A DNA stretch of 64,000 nucleotides. It comes from an uncultured bacterium. GTDB taxonomy: Bacteria; Krumholzibacteriota; Krumholzibacteriia; LZORAL124-64-63. The position numbers were made by a program, and so were the translations under genes. The stretch lies in NCBI GenBank assembly GCA_937864225.1, contig CALMJK010000004.1, positions 11,700 through 75,699 on the forward strand. The letters are read 5' to 3'. The notes under the pieces are model-generated. The model was given only the letters and a program-made list of their open reading frames with translations. It was not told where the DNA came from and searched no databases. This document shows positions 35,066-46,313 of the stretch, one piece after another; positions within the stretch are counted from its first letter, which is position 1; every line of letters begins with the position of its first letter.

Positions 35066-36562
35066 CTAAAACATCGCGGCCGGGCAGGGCAAGGGCTCGA
35101 TGCCGTAGACGTGGCGGTCGAGCCAGGCGTGGGCATCCGCGCCCTGCGCCCTGCGCAGGGCCCGCTCGAGCCGCTCGCGCGTGAGCGGCCCCTCGCCGCG
35201 GCGGGCGAAGAGGTCGCGCAGCACGGCGTCGAGAGGGTGCGTGCGGCCGGATCGCTCCGCCAGCCAGGCGTCCAGCCGCTCGGCCGCCAGGGTGCCGCCG
35301 GCATAGGCGAAACGGGTCGTCTCGCCGTCGCGCAGCATCCCGCGCGCCGCCTCGGCTATGCTCACACGCCCCCGCAGGGGACTATGCGCATAGTGCTGAG
35401 CGATGCGGCCCATGACGACTTCCTCGGCGCGGCGCGCCGTCCACACGCCGCTGTCCACGAGCAGGCGGGCGGTGTACCAGGATGTCGCGCCTTCGATGAA
35501 CCAGTTCAGGTCGCTGCTTTGCGGGCAGATCTCCTCGCCCAGCCAGCCGTGGAACATCTCGTGCGCCGCGACGCTGGCGACCTTGTCGGCGAGATCGTTC
35601 CAGCCCAGGGCGGGATCCAGCAGCAGCAGGACGGAGTGCCCGACGTGCAGGCCGTAGTACTCGAATCCAGTGCCGCCGCGCAAGGGGTTGCTGTCCACGA
35701 GAATCAGCATCGACCGGTGGGGTGGCGAGCCGAAGAAGGCGATCTCGGCCTCGCCCAGGCGCAGCAGCAGACGCGCCAGTTCCCGGTCGGCGAATGCCCA
35801 GGTGCCGCGCACGCCCAGGCGCACGGTGCACCCGCCGATGTCCTGTTCATGCAAGCGCAGGTCGTCCCAGGCCACGAGCGCGTCGGTCAAGTCGCGGACG
35901 TCTCGCGGCGCGTAGACGATGCCGTCGGGCGAGCCGGCTCCGGGCCACGGCACTGCCAGGCGCGCGGCGCCGCCGCCCGGCGCGCCGACAAAGCGGACCG
36001 AGATCGCGCCGACTGGCAGCGCCTCCGGCAGCAGGAACACATGAAAGCCCGCCACGCGCGCGCCGGTGCCGGAGCAGCGCGACAGGTGCGCGCGGATGTC
36101 AGCGTCCGCGGCGCCGCCGTGCGGCAGGGTGAGCCGATACTGCACGACGGCGCCGTGCGGTCCGGCGTCGATCAGCGTCCAGGCGCGGCCTTCGGGCCGC
36201 AGAACCAGCGGGGCGCCGCGGCGTCCGTCCCCGGAAAGGTTCCAGGCGGCCAGCGGCGTGACCGTCGCGCCCCCGCGCGGATCGTGGAACAGCCCGCCCG
36301 GTTGCTCGAGCCGCAGCCGGCGCGGAAGCGGTCCGCGAGCCTGCAGCGTGACGTCGACCTGCCCCCGGGCCGCCCCCTCCAGTTCCACTGCGTAGGCCAG
36401 TTCCGTAGGGGCGCGTACCCGCTGCCGGCCCCAGACCGCGGCCAGGGCGATCAAGCCGAGTGCGACAAGCGCCATGGCAAGGCGCGGCCGCACGCCGCCT
36501 TTCGGGCGGTGGCGGACGGTGGAGTCGCGTTTCCCCGCGTGGTGCATCGTGCCCAGTCGCAT
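35066..36562 (-). CDS. gluzincin zinc metallopeptidase (M1/M61-like), secreted/membrane-anchored
   Basis: HEMFH(x18)E zinc motif; N-terminal hydrophobic anchor (alternative ATG start at 36475). Confidence 0.7.
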   Translation of the reverse strand: MRLGTMHHAGKRDSTVRHRPKGGVRPRLAMALVALGLIALAAVWGRQRVRAPTELAYAVELEGAARGQVDVTLQARGPLPRRLRLEQPGGLFHDPRGGATVTPLAAWNLSGDGRRGAPLVLRPEGRAWTLIDAGPHGAVVQYRLTLPHGGAADADIRAHLSRCSGTGARVAGFHVFLLPEALPVGAISVRFVGAPGGGAARLAVPWPGAGSPDGIVYAPRDVRDLTDALVAWDDLRLHEQDIGGCTVRLGVRGTWAFADRELARLLLRLGEAEIAFFGSPPHRSMLILVDSNPLRGGTGFEYYGLHVGHSVLLLLDPALGWNDLADKVASVAAHEMFHGWLGEEICPQSSDLNWFIEGATSWYTARLLVDSGVWTARRAEEVVMGRIAQHYAHSPLRGRVSIAEAARGMLRDGETTRFAYAGGTLAAERLDAWLAERSGRTHPLDAVLRDLFARRGEGPLTRERLERALRRAQGADAHAWLDRHVYGIEPLPCPAAMF

Positions 36563-36679
36563 CCATTCGTTCCTCGCCCCGGCGCCCGCTGCCCCGGGAC
36601 TGCGGGTTGGACTGCAACCGTCGTGCCGCGCTAGACTGGCGCTGGAACGCGGGCCTGGCGCTCGGGGAAGGACGGCGAA

Positions 36680-37504
36680 GTGGATCTAGGCCTGGCAGGC
36701 AGGACGGCCCTCATCACGGGAGCCTCGCGCGGCTTTGGGCGGGCGACCGCCTTGGCGCTGATTGCCGAGGGGGTCCATGTGGCGCTCGGGGCGCGCGGCG
36801 TGGATGGGCTCGCGCTCGTCCAGGCGGAGGCGATCGAGGCGGCCCGCGCCCGCGCCAAGCGCCTGGGAAGCCAGCCGACGCGGGTGTGGACGCAGCCGGT
36901 GGACGTGAGCGACGCATCGGCCGTAGCGAGTTTCGTGGCCGGCGCGCGCGACGCGCTCGGCCCGCTCGATTGCTGCCTCGTGAACGGCGGGGGACCGCCG
37001 GCGCTCGATTTCATGGCCGCGTCCGACGACGCCTGGGCGGACGCGACGCGGCTGCTGTTGGCCAGCAGCGTGCGCCTGTGCCGCCTCGTGCTGCCCGAAA
37101 TGATGGAGCGGGGATGGGGCAGGATCGTGCAAGTGACGTCGGTCGCCGTGCGGCAGCCGGTGCCGGACCTGGTCCTCTCGAACGTGGTACGCCCCGCGGT
37201 GCACGCGTTGACACGTAATCTCGCGGTCATGGCGGCCCGGCGCGGCGTGACGGTCAACACCGTGGCGCCGGGCTTTCATCTCACCAGCGCGGTCGAGCGC
37301 CTGATCCGGCGCAAGCTCGAACTCGGCGAGGCCGGGTCGCGCGAGGAGGCGCTGGCCCAGTGGGAGCGCGACATTCCGGCGGGGCGGTTGGGCCGGCCCG
37401 AGGAGCTGGCCGCGCTGATCGCTTTCCTCATGTCCGAGCCGGCGGGCTACCTGACCGGACAGCTGATCGTCTCGGACGGCGGGTGGGTAAGGGCTCAATT
37501 CTGA
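36680..37504 (+). CDS. SDR family oxidoreductase
   Basis: TGASRGFG Rossmann motif, 274 aa, GTG start. Confidence 0.85.
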   Translation: MDLGLAGRTALITGASRGFGRATALALIAEGVHVALGARGVDGLALVQAEAIEAARARAKRLGSQPTRVWTQPVDVSDASAVASFVAGARDALGPLDCCLVNGGGPPALDFMAASDDAWADATRLLLASSVRLCRLVLPEMMERGWGRIVQVTSVAVRQPVPDLVLSNVVRPAVHALTRNLAVMAARRGVTVNTVAPGFHLTSAVERLIRRKLELGEAGSREEALAQWERDIPAGRLGRPEELAALIAFLMSEPAGYLTGQLIVSDGGWVRAQF

Positions 37505-37571
37505 GCGATGCCGAGGGCATCGCGCCAAGCCGGAGGTCGCGCGATAGCCAATTGGCAAATGAATTCATAAT

Positions 37572-37587
37572 TGGCAGGTATTTTGCA
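37572..37587 (+). promoter_or_regulatory. sigma54-type (-24/-12) promoter candidate TGGCAG-N5-TTGCA
   Basis: GG and GC elements 12 nt apart in an unusually AT-rich island (37540-37690) that also carries AATTGGCA direct repeats and a TGGCA-N6-TGCCA palindrome at 37609-37624. Confidence 0.35.
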
Positions 37588-37701
37588 CCAATATACGATT
37601 GTTGGGGTTGGCAGATGTTTGCCACCGCTTGCGCGCTCCAGCATTTCTGTTTATCTTAGCTGTCTCATAGTCGCGAAGATGTTCTGCTGACAGGTGGGGC
37701 C

Positions 37702-37791
37702 GTGAAAGAGATCTTGGAGATCGTTGCCGTCGTGGCGGCGTGGTACGCCCTCATGCGCTGGCTGTTGCCGCGCCTGGGCGTGCCGACCTGA
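37702..37791 (+). CDS. small hydrophobic peptide (29 aa), hypothetical
   Basis: GTG start 4 nt after AGGTGG SD; VKEILEIVAVVAAWYALMRWLLPRLGVPT; downstream of sigma54-like promoter. Confidence 0.25.
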   Translation: MKEILEIVAVVAAWYALMRWLLPRLGVPT

Positions 37792-37890
37792 ATGTCCGCC
37801 TCGTGCTCGGTCGGAGACCGGGCAGAGCAAGGCAGAAAAGCCAAAGCGGATGGCGCGGCGGACACGTCGCCGGACCAGAGGTGACCGACC

Positions 37891-38085
37891 ATGCCGTTGT
37901 TCGAATTCCACTGCCGCGCGTGCGGCAGCGTCTTCGAGGAGATCCTGACCCTGGCCGAGTTGGATTCGGCCCGGCTGGCTTGCCCGCGCTGCGGCTCGAA
38001 GGCGACCGAGCGCGGACTGTCGACCTTCGCCACCGGCGGCGGCGGCGACGGAGGCTGTGGCGGGGGATCGAGCGGTTTCTCGTGA
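37891..38085 (+). CDS. FmdB family zinc-ribbon regulatory protein
   Basis: MPLFEFHCRACG...CPRCGS motif, Gly-rich tail. Confidence 0.8.
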   Translation: MPLFEFHCRACGSVFEEILTLAELDSARLACPRCGSKATERGLSTFATGGGGDGGCGGGSSGFS

Positions 38086-38161
38086 GGTTGAGCGCAGCGC
38101 GACCGGGGGTCGCGCGGCGCCTTCGCCCGCTTCGGCAGCGCGCACGGGCGGATCTCGGCCC

Positions 38162-39124
38162 TCAGATGGCGGCGGGGCCCGGCCCGGACCGCAGGGAGCC
38201 CTGCCTTTTTTCCCGCTCCCCGTACTTCTCGCCCAGCACCAGGATGATCCCTCCCAGCAGCAGTCCCCCGAGCACGTCCACGACGTAGTGGTAGCGGCAG
38301 TAGACCGTGGCCATCGCCACGAGCACGAGCTGGAGCGTCGCCCAGGCGCGCAGGCACGGGACGTTTTTCCAGGCGTGCCACCACGGCACGAGGGTGGCGG
38401 CGACGTGGCTCGAGGGGAACGCCGCGCCGAGGATCGCGCCGTGCTCGTGGATCTGTCTCATGAGGCGGGTGAAGATCCAGCCCTCGACCTCGACCGGGCC
38501 GGCGCGGAAGTACTTCGGCCCCCAAACCGGGAAGAACGTGTAGAGCGTGTAGCACACGAGCATCGTCGCGCTCAGGTCGCGCACGAAGGCCAGCATCGCG
38601 GGCCAGCGCCGCGGCGCCGGGACGGCGGGCGACGCGAGCAGCAGTGCCAGCACCACGAATCCCCAGACGTAGTAGGAAAAGTAGGCCAGCTGCAGCAGCT
38701 CGTGCAGCCACGGCCAGGGCCAGGTCGTCGACCAGCCCAGGCTGGGCTGGCCGCCGAGCAGGCTCTCCTCGAGCCGGATGAACGCCGGGTCCAGCGGCTG
38801 GTGGTAGAACACGAGCCCGAGATGGGCCATTTCCGAGTAGAAGAGCGGGAAGATGAACGGCAGGTAGGTCTCGCCCAGCAGGCGCAAGGCCGCGAAGGGG
38901 CTGCGCCGGGCGAGCGGGGGGAGGAACCAGATGGCCAACGCGAGGCCCGAATGCAGCAAGAAGCCGGGCCAGGGACCGGAGGGAGGACTGGCGCCCAGGA
39001 ACGGATACAGGCCGCTGGCCAGCAGGTAAACGACGGCCCAGCGGTCGATGTCGCGGCGCGACAAGGCCAGCCGGGAGAGCCTGCGCCGGATCAGATCCAG
39101 CCCGCGTCGAGGTAAAATGCCCAC
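38162..39124 (-). CDS. PAP2-superfamily membrane protein (candidate sphingolipid head-group transferase, Aur1/IPC-synthase-like)
   Basis: Multi-TM; PSSH and RYHYVVDV PAP2 motifs; GTG start at 39124 chosen just downstream of epimerase gene (ORF track frame continues upstream as artifact). Confidence 0.65.
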   Translation of the reverse strand: MGILPRRGLDLIRRRLSRLALSRRDIDRWAVVYLLASGLYPFLGASPPSGPWPGFLLHSGLALAIWFLPPLARRSPFAALRLLGETYLPFIFPLFYSEMAHLGLVFYHQPLDPAFIRLEESLLGGQPSLGWSTTWPWPWLHELLQLAYFSYYVWGFVVLALLLASPAVPAPRRWPAMLAFVRDLSATMLVCYTLYTFFPVWGPKYFRAGPVEVEGWIFTRLMRQIHEHGAILGAAFPSSHVAATLVPWWHAWKNVPCLRAWATLQLVLVAMATVYCRYHYVVDVLGGLLLGGIILVLGEKYGEREKRQGSLRSGPGPAAI

Positions 39125-40083
39125 GTTTCGCGAAACCCCCGGGCCAGGTCGCGCTGCGGGCGCCAGGCCGTGTCCTGGCGCAAGCGCGCGCCGTCGCACG
39201 TCCAGGCGGCCGGCGCCAACCGCGCCACGACTTCGGGGTCGAGCAGACTCCAGCGCGCCGCCGCACGTCGGCCCGACTCGCCGCGTCCGGCCAGCAGCCG
39301 CAGCACGCCCACCGGCGCCACGAGCGCGCGCACGGGCCGCTGCGTCGCTTGGCGCAGGGCCTCCGCCAGGTCGTGCCAGTTCAGGCGGCGCTCGTCCGCG
39401 GCGAAATAGACGCCGTGCGCCGTCGGCGTCTTCACCAGCGCGACGGCCGCCGCGGCGCAATCCCGTCCGTCGAGCAGGGACATCTCGCGCAAGCCCCCGA
39501 CCGCCCGCACGGTCCAGCCGCGCCGTGCCCAGGCGAAGAGCCGCACGAAAGCCCGATCGCGCGGGCCGTACAAGGCTGGTGGTCGCAGGATCGCCCAGCG
39601 GAACGGCAATTGCGTGCCGAACAGGGTCTCGGCCTCCAGCTTGGATCGTCCGTAGGCGCTGATGGGCGCCGGCGGATCCGTCTCCGCGCGCGGCCGGCCC
39701 GGAACGGCCGGGCCGGCCGCGGCCAGGCTCGAGACGTAGACGAAGGCGCGCAATTCGGACGCCCGGCAGGCCGCCGCGATCAGCCGGCGCGTGGGCTCCA
39801 CGTTGCCGGCGCGATAACCCGCGGCGTCCGGCGCGTTGATCGCCCCCGCGCAGTGCACGACCGCCGCGGCCTCGGCGAGCAAGCGGTCCAGACCGTCGTC
39901 GGTCTCGCCCGGCACGACCGTGCGGACCGGCTTGCCCTGCAGCCAGCGCAGGTCGCTGGTCGGCCGCACGGCGGCCCGCACGCGCCAACCGCCCTCCAAC
40001 AGCGCGTCCACGACATGGCTGCCAAGGAAGCCCGTCGCCCCGGTGACCACGGCCAAAGGCGCGTTGGCGGCGGGAGACGTCAT
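39091..40083 (-). CDS. cerR: NAD-dependent epimerase/dehydratase family protein (bacterial ceramide reductase CerR-like)
   Basis: ATG at residue 318 of ORF 41034; VVTGATGFLGSHVV Rossmann; YxxxK (YGRSK); ATGA overlap with upstream GNAT gene stop. Confidence 0.6.
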   Translation of the reverse strand: MTSPAANAPLAVVTGATGFLGSHVVDALLEGGWRVRAAVRPTSDLRWLQGKPVRTVVPGETDDGLDRLLAEAAAVVHCAGAINAPDAAGYRAGNVEPTRRLIAAACRASELRAFVYVSSLAAAGPAVPGRPRAETDPPAPISAYGRSKLEAETLFGTQLPFRWAILRPPALYGPRDRAFVRLFAWARRGWTVRAVGGLREMSLLDGRDCAAAAVALVKTPTAHGVYFAADERRLNWHDLAEALRQATQRPVRALVAPVGVLRLLAGRGESGRRAAARWSLLDPEVVARLAPAAWTCDGARLRQDTAWRPQRDLARGFRETWAFYLDAGWI

Positions 40084-41207
40084 GTCAAAGGCTTGTCGAA
40101 GATGCGATATCTTCGGTACATCTGCGCGCCAATGCCCTCGAGGATCCGGTTCATCGGCGCATTGTCCTCGAGCACCCAGGAGCACTCGCCGCCCGTGAAG
40201 CCCAACCGGAACCCGGCCTCGAAGGTGCGCATGATCATGACGGCGTCGACGCCGCGTCCGCGATATTCGGGCAGGACCCCGAGCAACAGGCAGCGCCCGT
40301 AGTCTATCCGGCGCTTGCGCAGGATGAACGTGAGCCATCCCAGCGGCAGCAGGCGTCCGCGCAACGGCTGGAGCGCCTGATTGAAATCGGGCACCGTGAG
40401 ACAGAACCCGATGGCCTCCCCTTTCGCCTCCGCGACCAGCAGCAGATCGGGCGAGACCATCTTGCGCATGTCCTTGGCCGCGTAAGCGAACTCTTCGTCG
40501 TCCATCGGGATGAAGCCCCAATTCCGCGACCAGGCGGCATTGTAGATGCCGCGGCACAGTGCAGCCTCCTTGGCGAAGCGGCGCATATTCATGGGGCGCA
40601 CCGTGAAGGTGGCGGAGGCCAGCAGGGGTTCCATGGCCAGCCGCACGCGTTCGGGGATCCTGCGGTCGGGCGCGCTGATCCGCCAGGCGAAGAGATCGCG
40701 CGATTTGACGAGCCCGGCCGTCGCGAACTGGGCCGCGTACCAGGCCGGATTGTGGGGCATGCCGACCACCGGTCGGCCGGCCTCTCCCTCGACGAACAGG
40801 CCCAGGTAGTCGTGGTTGGTGGTGAAGTTGCAAGGGCCTCGCATCGTGCGTATGCCCCGCTCGCGCAGCCAGCCGGCGGCGGCGGCGAGCAGGTCGGCGG
40901 CGAGGTCCGGCTGATCGGGGCACTCGTAGAAGCCGAAGAAGCCGGTAGATTCGCCGGCATGGCGCAGATGGTAGCTGTCGACGCAGGCCCCCACGCGCGC
41001 GATGGGGCGGCCGGCGCCGTCGCGCGCGACCCACAATTCGGTCTCGGCGTGCTTGTGGAAGGGATTGTGCTCTCGGTCGAAGAACTTGCGCTGTTCGGTC
41101 AGGAGCGGGAAGACGACGCGCGGGTCATCGGCGTAGACATGGTAAGGAACCCTGAGAAACGCCTCGAGGTCGCGCTTCCCCTTCACGAGCCTGATCTCGA
41201 ACTTCAT
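40080..41207 (-). CDS. bcerS: GNAT-fold acyltransferase (bacterial ceramide synthase bCerS-like)
   Basis: 375 aa, GNAT-like core; located between SPT and CerR-like genes, as in characterised bacterial ceramide loci. Confidence 0.5.
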   Translation of the reverse strand: MKFEIRLVKGKRDLEAFLRVPYHVYADDPRVVFPLLTEQRKFFDREHNPFHKHAETELWVARDGAGRPIARVGACVDSYHLRHAGESTGFFGFYECPDQPDLAADLLAAAAGWLRERGIRTMRGPCNFTTNHDYLGLFVEGEAGRPVVGMPHNPAWYAAQFATAGLVKSRDLFAWRISAPDRRIPERVRLAMEPLLASATFTVRPMNMRRFAKEAALCRGIYNAAWSRNWGFIPMDDEEFAYAAKDMRKMVSPDLLLVAEAKGEAIGFCLTVPDFNQALQPLRGRLLPLGWLTFILRKRRIDYGRCLLLGVLPEYRGRGVDAVMIMRTFEAGFRLGFTGGECSWVLEDNAPMNRILEGIGAQMYRRYRIFDKPLT

Positions 41208-41285
41208 GGGCCAACTCCTCGACGGTCGTCGACCCCGGGACCGGGTGCCGTCGGGGACGCGATCCGGGACGGCGCTGCGATCGGG

Positions 41286-42500
41286 TCAGGGGACGACGCC
41301 CAATTCGCGCCCCACCTCGACCATCTTGTCCATCGCCAGGTGGACCTGGTCCTCCGTGTGCGTGGCCATCAGGCTGAGGCGGATGAGCGCGTTTCCCTTC
41401 TCCACGGCGGGAGAGATGATGGGGTTGACGAAGACCCCCTCCTCGAACAGCCGCCGACACATGACGAAGGCCACCTCGTCCGCGCCCACGACCGCGGGGA
41501 TGATCGGCGTCTGGGAGGGGCCGGTGTCGAAACCGGCGTTCTGCAGCCGTTCCATCATGATGCGGGTGTTGCGCCAGAGAGCCTCGCGGCGCCAATCCTC
41601 CTCGAGCATCACGTCGACGGCCGCGGAGACCGAAGCGACGGATCCGGGCGGCATGCTGGCGGAGAAGATCAGAGACCGGGCGATGTGGCGGATGTAGTGG
41701 ATCGTGTCGGCGTCGGAGGCGATGAAGCCTCCCACCGAGGCGAGCGACTTGCTGAAGGTGCCCATGATCAGGTGCACCCGGTCGGCGATGCCGAAGTGAT
41801 CGCAGGTGCCGCGGCCCTGCTTGCCCAGCACGCCGATGCCGTGAGCGTCGTCGCACATGACCATCGCGCCGTGCCTCGCGGCCACTTCGCAGATCTCGGG
41901 CAGCCGCGCGATGTCGCCGTGCATGGAGAAAATGCCGTCCACGACGATCAGCTTGCCGTTGTCCTCGCACGCGGCCAGGGTTTTGTCGAGCGCGACCATG
42001 TCGTTGTGCAGGTACTTGCGCGTGGTGCCGAAGCTGAGCCGGCAACCGTCGAGAATGGAGGCGTGGTCGACGCGGTCGATGATGACGCTGTCGTTGCGGC
42101 CCACGAGGGCGAAGATCACGCCCAGGTTCACCATCATGCCGGTCGAGAAGACGAGGGCGTCTTCCTTGCCGACCAGATCGGCCAGCTTGCGTTCCAACTC
42201 GACGTGGATGTCGAGCGTGCCATTCAGGAAGCGGGAACCGGCGCAGCCGGAGCCGTACTTGTCGATGGCCAGCTTGGCGGCTTCCTTGACCTTGGGGTGG
42301 TTGGTCAGGCCGAGGTAGTTGTTGCTGCCGAGCATGATGACGTCGCGGCCGTCGATGCGGACGAGGTTGGTCTGGGCCGATTCGATCACGCGGAAATAGG
42401 AGTACAACCCCGCTTTTTGCAATTCCTTGGCGGTATTGAAATTACGAACCTTTTCGAGGAGGGCCATCATGCACCGCGCCTGTTGAGGTTGGACGGCCAA
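41286..42500 (-). CDS. spt: serine palmitoyltransferase (alpha-oxoamine synthase family, PLP-dependent)
   Basis: GTFSKS PLP-lysine motif, AOS fold, N-terminal ...LLEKVRNF...GLYSYFR resembling bacterial SPT rather than BioF/Kbl. Confidence 0.7.
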   Translation of the reverse strand: MAVQPQQARCMMALLEKVRNFNTAKELQKAGLYSYFRVIESAQTNLVRIDGRDVIMLGSNNYLGLTNHPKVKEAAKLAIDKYGSGCAGSRFLNGTLDIHVELERKLADLVGKEDALVFSTGMMVNLGVIFALVGRNDSVIIDRVDHASILDGCRLSFGTTRKYLHNDMVALDKTLAACEDNGKLIVVDGIFSMHGDIARLPEICEVAARHGAMVMCDDAHGIGVLGKQGRGTCDHFGIADRVHLIMGTFSKSLASVGGFIASDADTIHYIRHIARSLIFSASMPPGSVASVSAAVDVMLEEDWRREALWRNTRIMMERLQNAGFDTGPSQTPIIPAVVGADEVAFVMCRRLFEEGVFVNPIISPAVEKGNALIRLSLMATHTEDQVHLAMDKMVEVGRELGVVP

Positions 42501-42563
42501 CGCGCGGGAGCCGTTTCCCGGCCCGGGCGAGGCGGCCTCCGAACATAGACTCCGGGCGCGACC

Positions 42564-44254
<1,691 letters not shown>

Positions 44255-44258
<4 letters not shown>

Positions 44259-45694
44259 TCGCCAAACACCTCTGCCTCGAACACCTCGAACCGCGCGCCC
44301 GCTCGCCAGGCTTCGGGTTCGAGGCCGGCCTTGAGACTCAAGTGGTGCAGGGTGGTCGGCAGGTCCCATCCCTGCTCGGGGGCGACCTGGGGCAGGAAAA
44401 CTGCGCGCGCCCTCCCCCGCGCGAGCACGATGCCGTGCCGGCCGATTTCAATCTCCTCCGGCCCGGACACGGGTCGCAGGGGGGACAGTACCGAGATCTC
44501 CACGCGCAAGGCGGCCGTCTCCTCGGCAGAGACCGGACGGAAGCGGGGATCGCGGCTGGCGGCTGCGACGGCGTTCTCGACGACCGAGTCGGCCAGCGGC
44601 GCGACCGGTTCGATGTGCCCGATGCAGCCGCGCAGCATGCCGTTGACGGTCAGCGTCACGAAGGCCCCGCGCGGCTCGCGCAGAGACGGCCCTGGCTCCA
44701 GCCCGCGCGAGGCCGCGAAGTCCGCCGCGCGCGGCGCGCGGCGGCCCGTCGCGGTCGCCTCGACCGTCGCCCGGGCGAGCGCGAGCAGGAACGATCGCTG
44801 CGCGTCGTTCAGTTGGTCCGAGGCCTCGTCCCTCCTGGCGTGCAGGAGGATGCCCGCGTAGCTGACCGACAGCGAGAAGTCGCCGCTGCGCTCGGCGCTG
44901 CGCTCGTAGGCCACCAGTTCGCCTTCGCCCGCCGGCAGGGGCGTGCTGAGCGCCAGGGCCGCGGCGTGGATGCCGCACATCGTGATGCCGGTTTGCTGGC
45001 CATACTCGATCAGCCCGTCGGCGTCGCGCGCCAGGATGAGGTCGATCGCGCCCCGATCCAGGTCCCTCAAGCGCTCGGGCACGCGGTCGCGAAACGGCAC
45101 GTAGCCGTAATCCACCCCGTAGTGCGTGAAATCCGAGGAGACGAGGAACAGGCTGCGCCCGTCGCACCAAGGCGCGAGCGCCGCGGCGGCGCGCCGTCTT
45201 TGCGGGGGGGAGAGGGGCGGCACGAGCAGCGTCACGATCCGCAACCGGTCCCCGAAAATGGTCTGCAGGAACGGCAGCTGGATCTCTTCAGCGTGCTCCG
45301 CCGCGTGGGCGGCCTCCGCGCTGGTGAAGCCGGGCTCGCCGGCCAGGCGGTCGGCGACCTGCCGATCGACCGCGGCCTCGCCCAGGGGTGTGGCCCAGGC
45401 GTCCCAGCGCGACACCGAGACCTCCCGCAGGTTCGCGCGGTGGCTGGGGGCGAGGATGAAGACCCGGTCGTAGGCGTGCTCCTGGAGCCGGCGATAGACT
45501 CTTCCCGCCGCCGGGCCGCTGTGGGCGTAGCCGGCGTGCGGCGCGACGGCCAACAGAGGCCGTCCCGCCGGCGCGGGGGCGGAGGCGGCGCCGGGGAGCG
45601 GGCCGGCGAGGAATCCGGCGACCGTCGCGGCCAGTTCGTCCGGGCGACCCGGATACCAGGTCCCGCTCAGGATAGGGGGGCGGACCCGCGCCAA
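44255..45694 (-). CDS. fused Memo-like (AmmeMemoRadiSam system protein B) / AMMECR1 (protein A) protein
   Basis: N-terminal Memo motifs (GTWYPG, LAVAPHAGYAHSGP, ILAPSH); C-terminal AMMECR1 motifs (GAFVTLTVNGMLRGCIGHIEP, RDPRF, AVFLPQVAPEQGWD). TTG start at 45694 with GGAGG SD gives a canonical Memo N-terminus; the ORF track start 45982 would overlap the divergent STAS gene. Confidence 0.75.
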
Positions 45695-45920
45695 GGCGGC
45701 ACCTCCGGAGAGACGGGGGAGATCGGCCCGAGACCGCTGGGAATCTAGCAGGTCGCTTACGGTCCGGTCCAGATCGGGGCCGGCGCGTCGCGCGGCCCAC
45801 GCGGCAGACCGACGCGGCAGACCGGCGCTTGCCTCGGCGCCGTTTTCCGTGCATCCTGAGGGTCCCTGGGCGCCCGGGCGCGCCCCACCCGCGGCCGGGG
45901 CCGCGACGAGGAGGACCGCG

Positions 45921-46274
45921 TTGAACATCAAGCAGAAACCGAGCGGCGACATCATGGTGTTGCATCTGTCCGGCAAGATCATGGGCGGCGAGGATCACGA
46001 TCGTTTCACCACGGAGATCAAGTCGCTGATCAACCAGGGTTATGTGGACATCCTGCTCAACATGTCCAAGGTGAGCTGGATCAACTCGACCGGCCTGGGC
46101 GTGTTGGTGTCCGGCTTCCACACGCTGAGAAAGAACGGCGGCACGATGAAAATCGCCGAGGTGAGCGACCGCATCGACAACATCCTGAACGTCACCCAAC
46201 TCAAGCTGGTCTTCGAGACGTATGACAACGAAAGCAAGGCGCTGGCCTCGTACCAGCAGCAGCCGCCGAAGTAG
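45921..46274 (+). CDS. STAS-domain anti-sigma factor antagonist (paralog 1)
   Basis: TTG start with GAGGAGGA SD; conserved phospho-Ser context NSTGLG. Confidence 0.8.
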   Translation: MNIKQKPSGDIMVLHLSGKIMGGEDHDRFTTEIKSLINQGYVDILLNMSKVSWINSTGLGVLVSGFHTLRKNGGTMKIAEVSDRIDNILNVTQLKLVFETYDNESKALASYQQQPPK

Positions 46275-46313
46275 GGTGAGCGCGGCCGCGGGGGAGCGGC
46301 GGAGGGAGAAAAC

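Noticed and set aside
34379-36634. 751-aa plus-strand ORF antisense to metG and the gluzincin peptidase
   Set aside because: No motifs, Arg/Ala-rich; the minus strand has diagnostic MetRS and HEXXH motifs.
39125-39988. Upstream 288 codons of minus ORF 38162-39988
   Set aside because: This portion overlaps the well-supported epimerase gene (39091-40083) in another frame and is Arg/Gly/Ala-rich; only the PAP2 part downstream of GTG 39124 looks genuine.
40084-41034. N-terminal 317 codons of minus ORF 39091-41034
   Set aside because: R-rich artifact overlapping the GNAT-like gene (40080-41207), which has ordinary composition; the epimerase begins at the internal ATG 40083.
45695-45982. N-terminal 96 codons of the Memo-AMMECR1 ORF as given by the track
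   Set aside because: Would overlap the divergent STAS gene start and lacks an SD; TTG 45694 with GGAGG yields a canonical Memo N-terminus. Kept as an alternative only.
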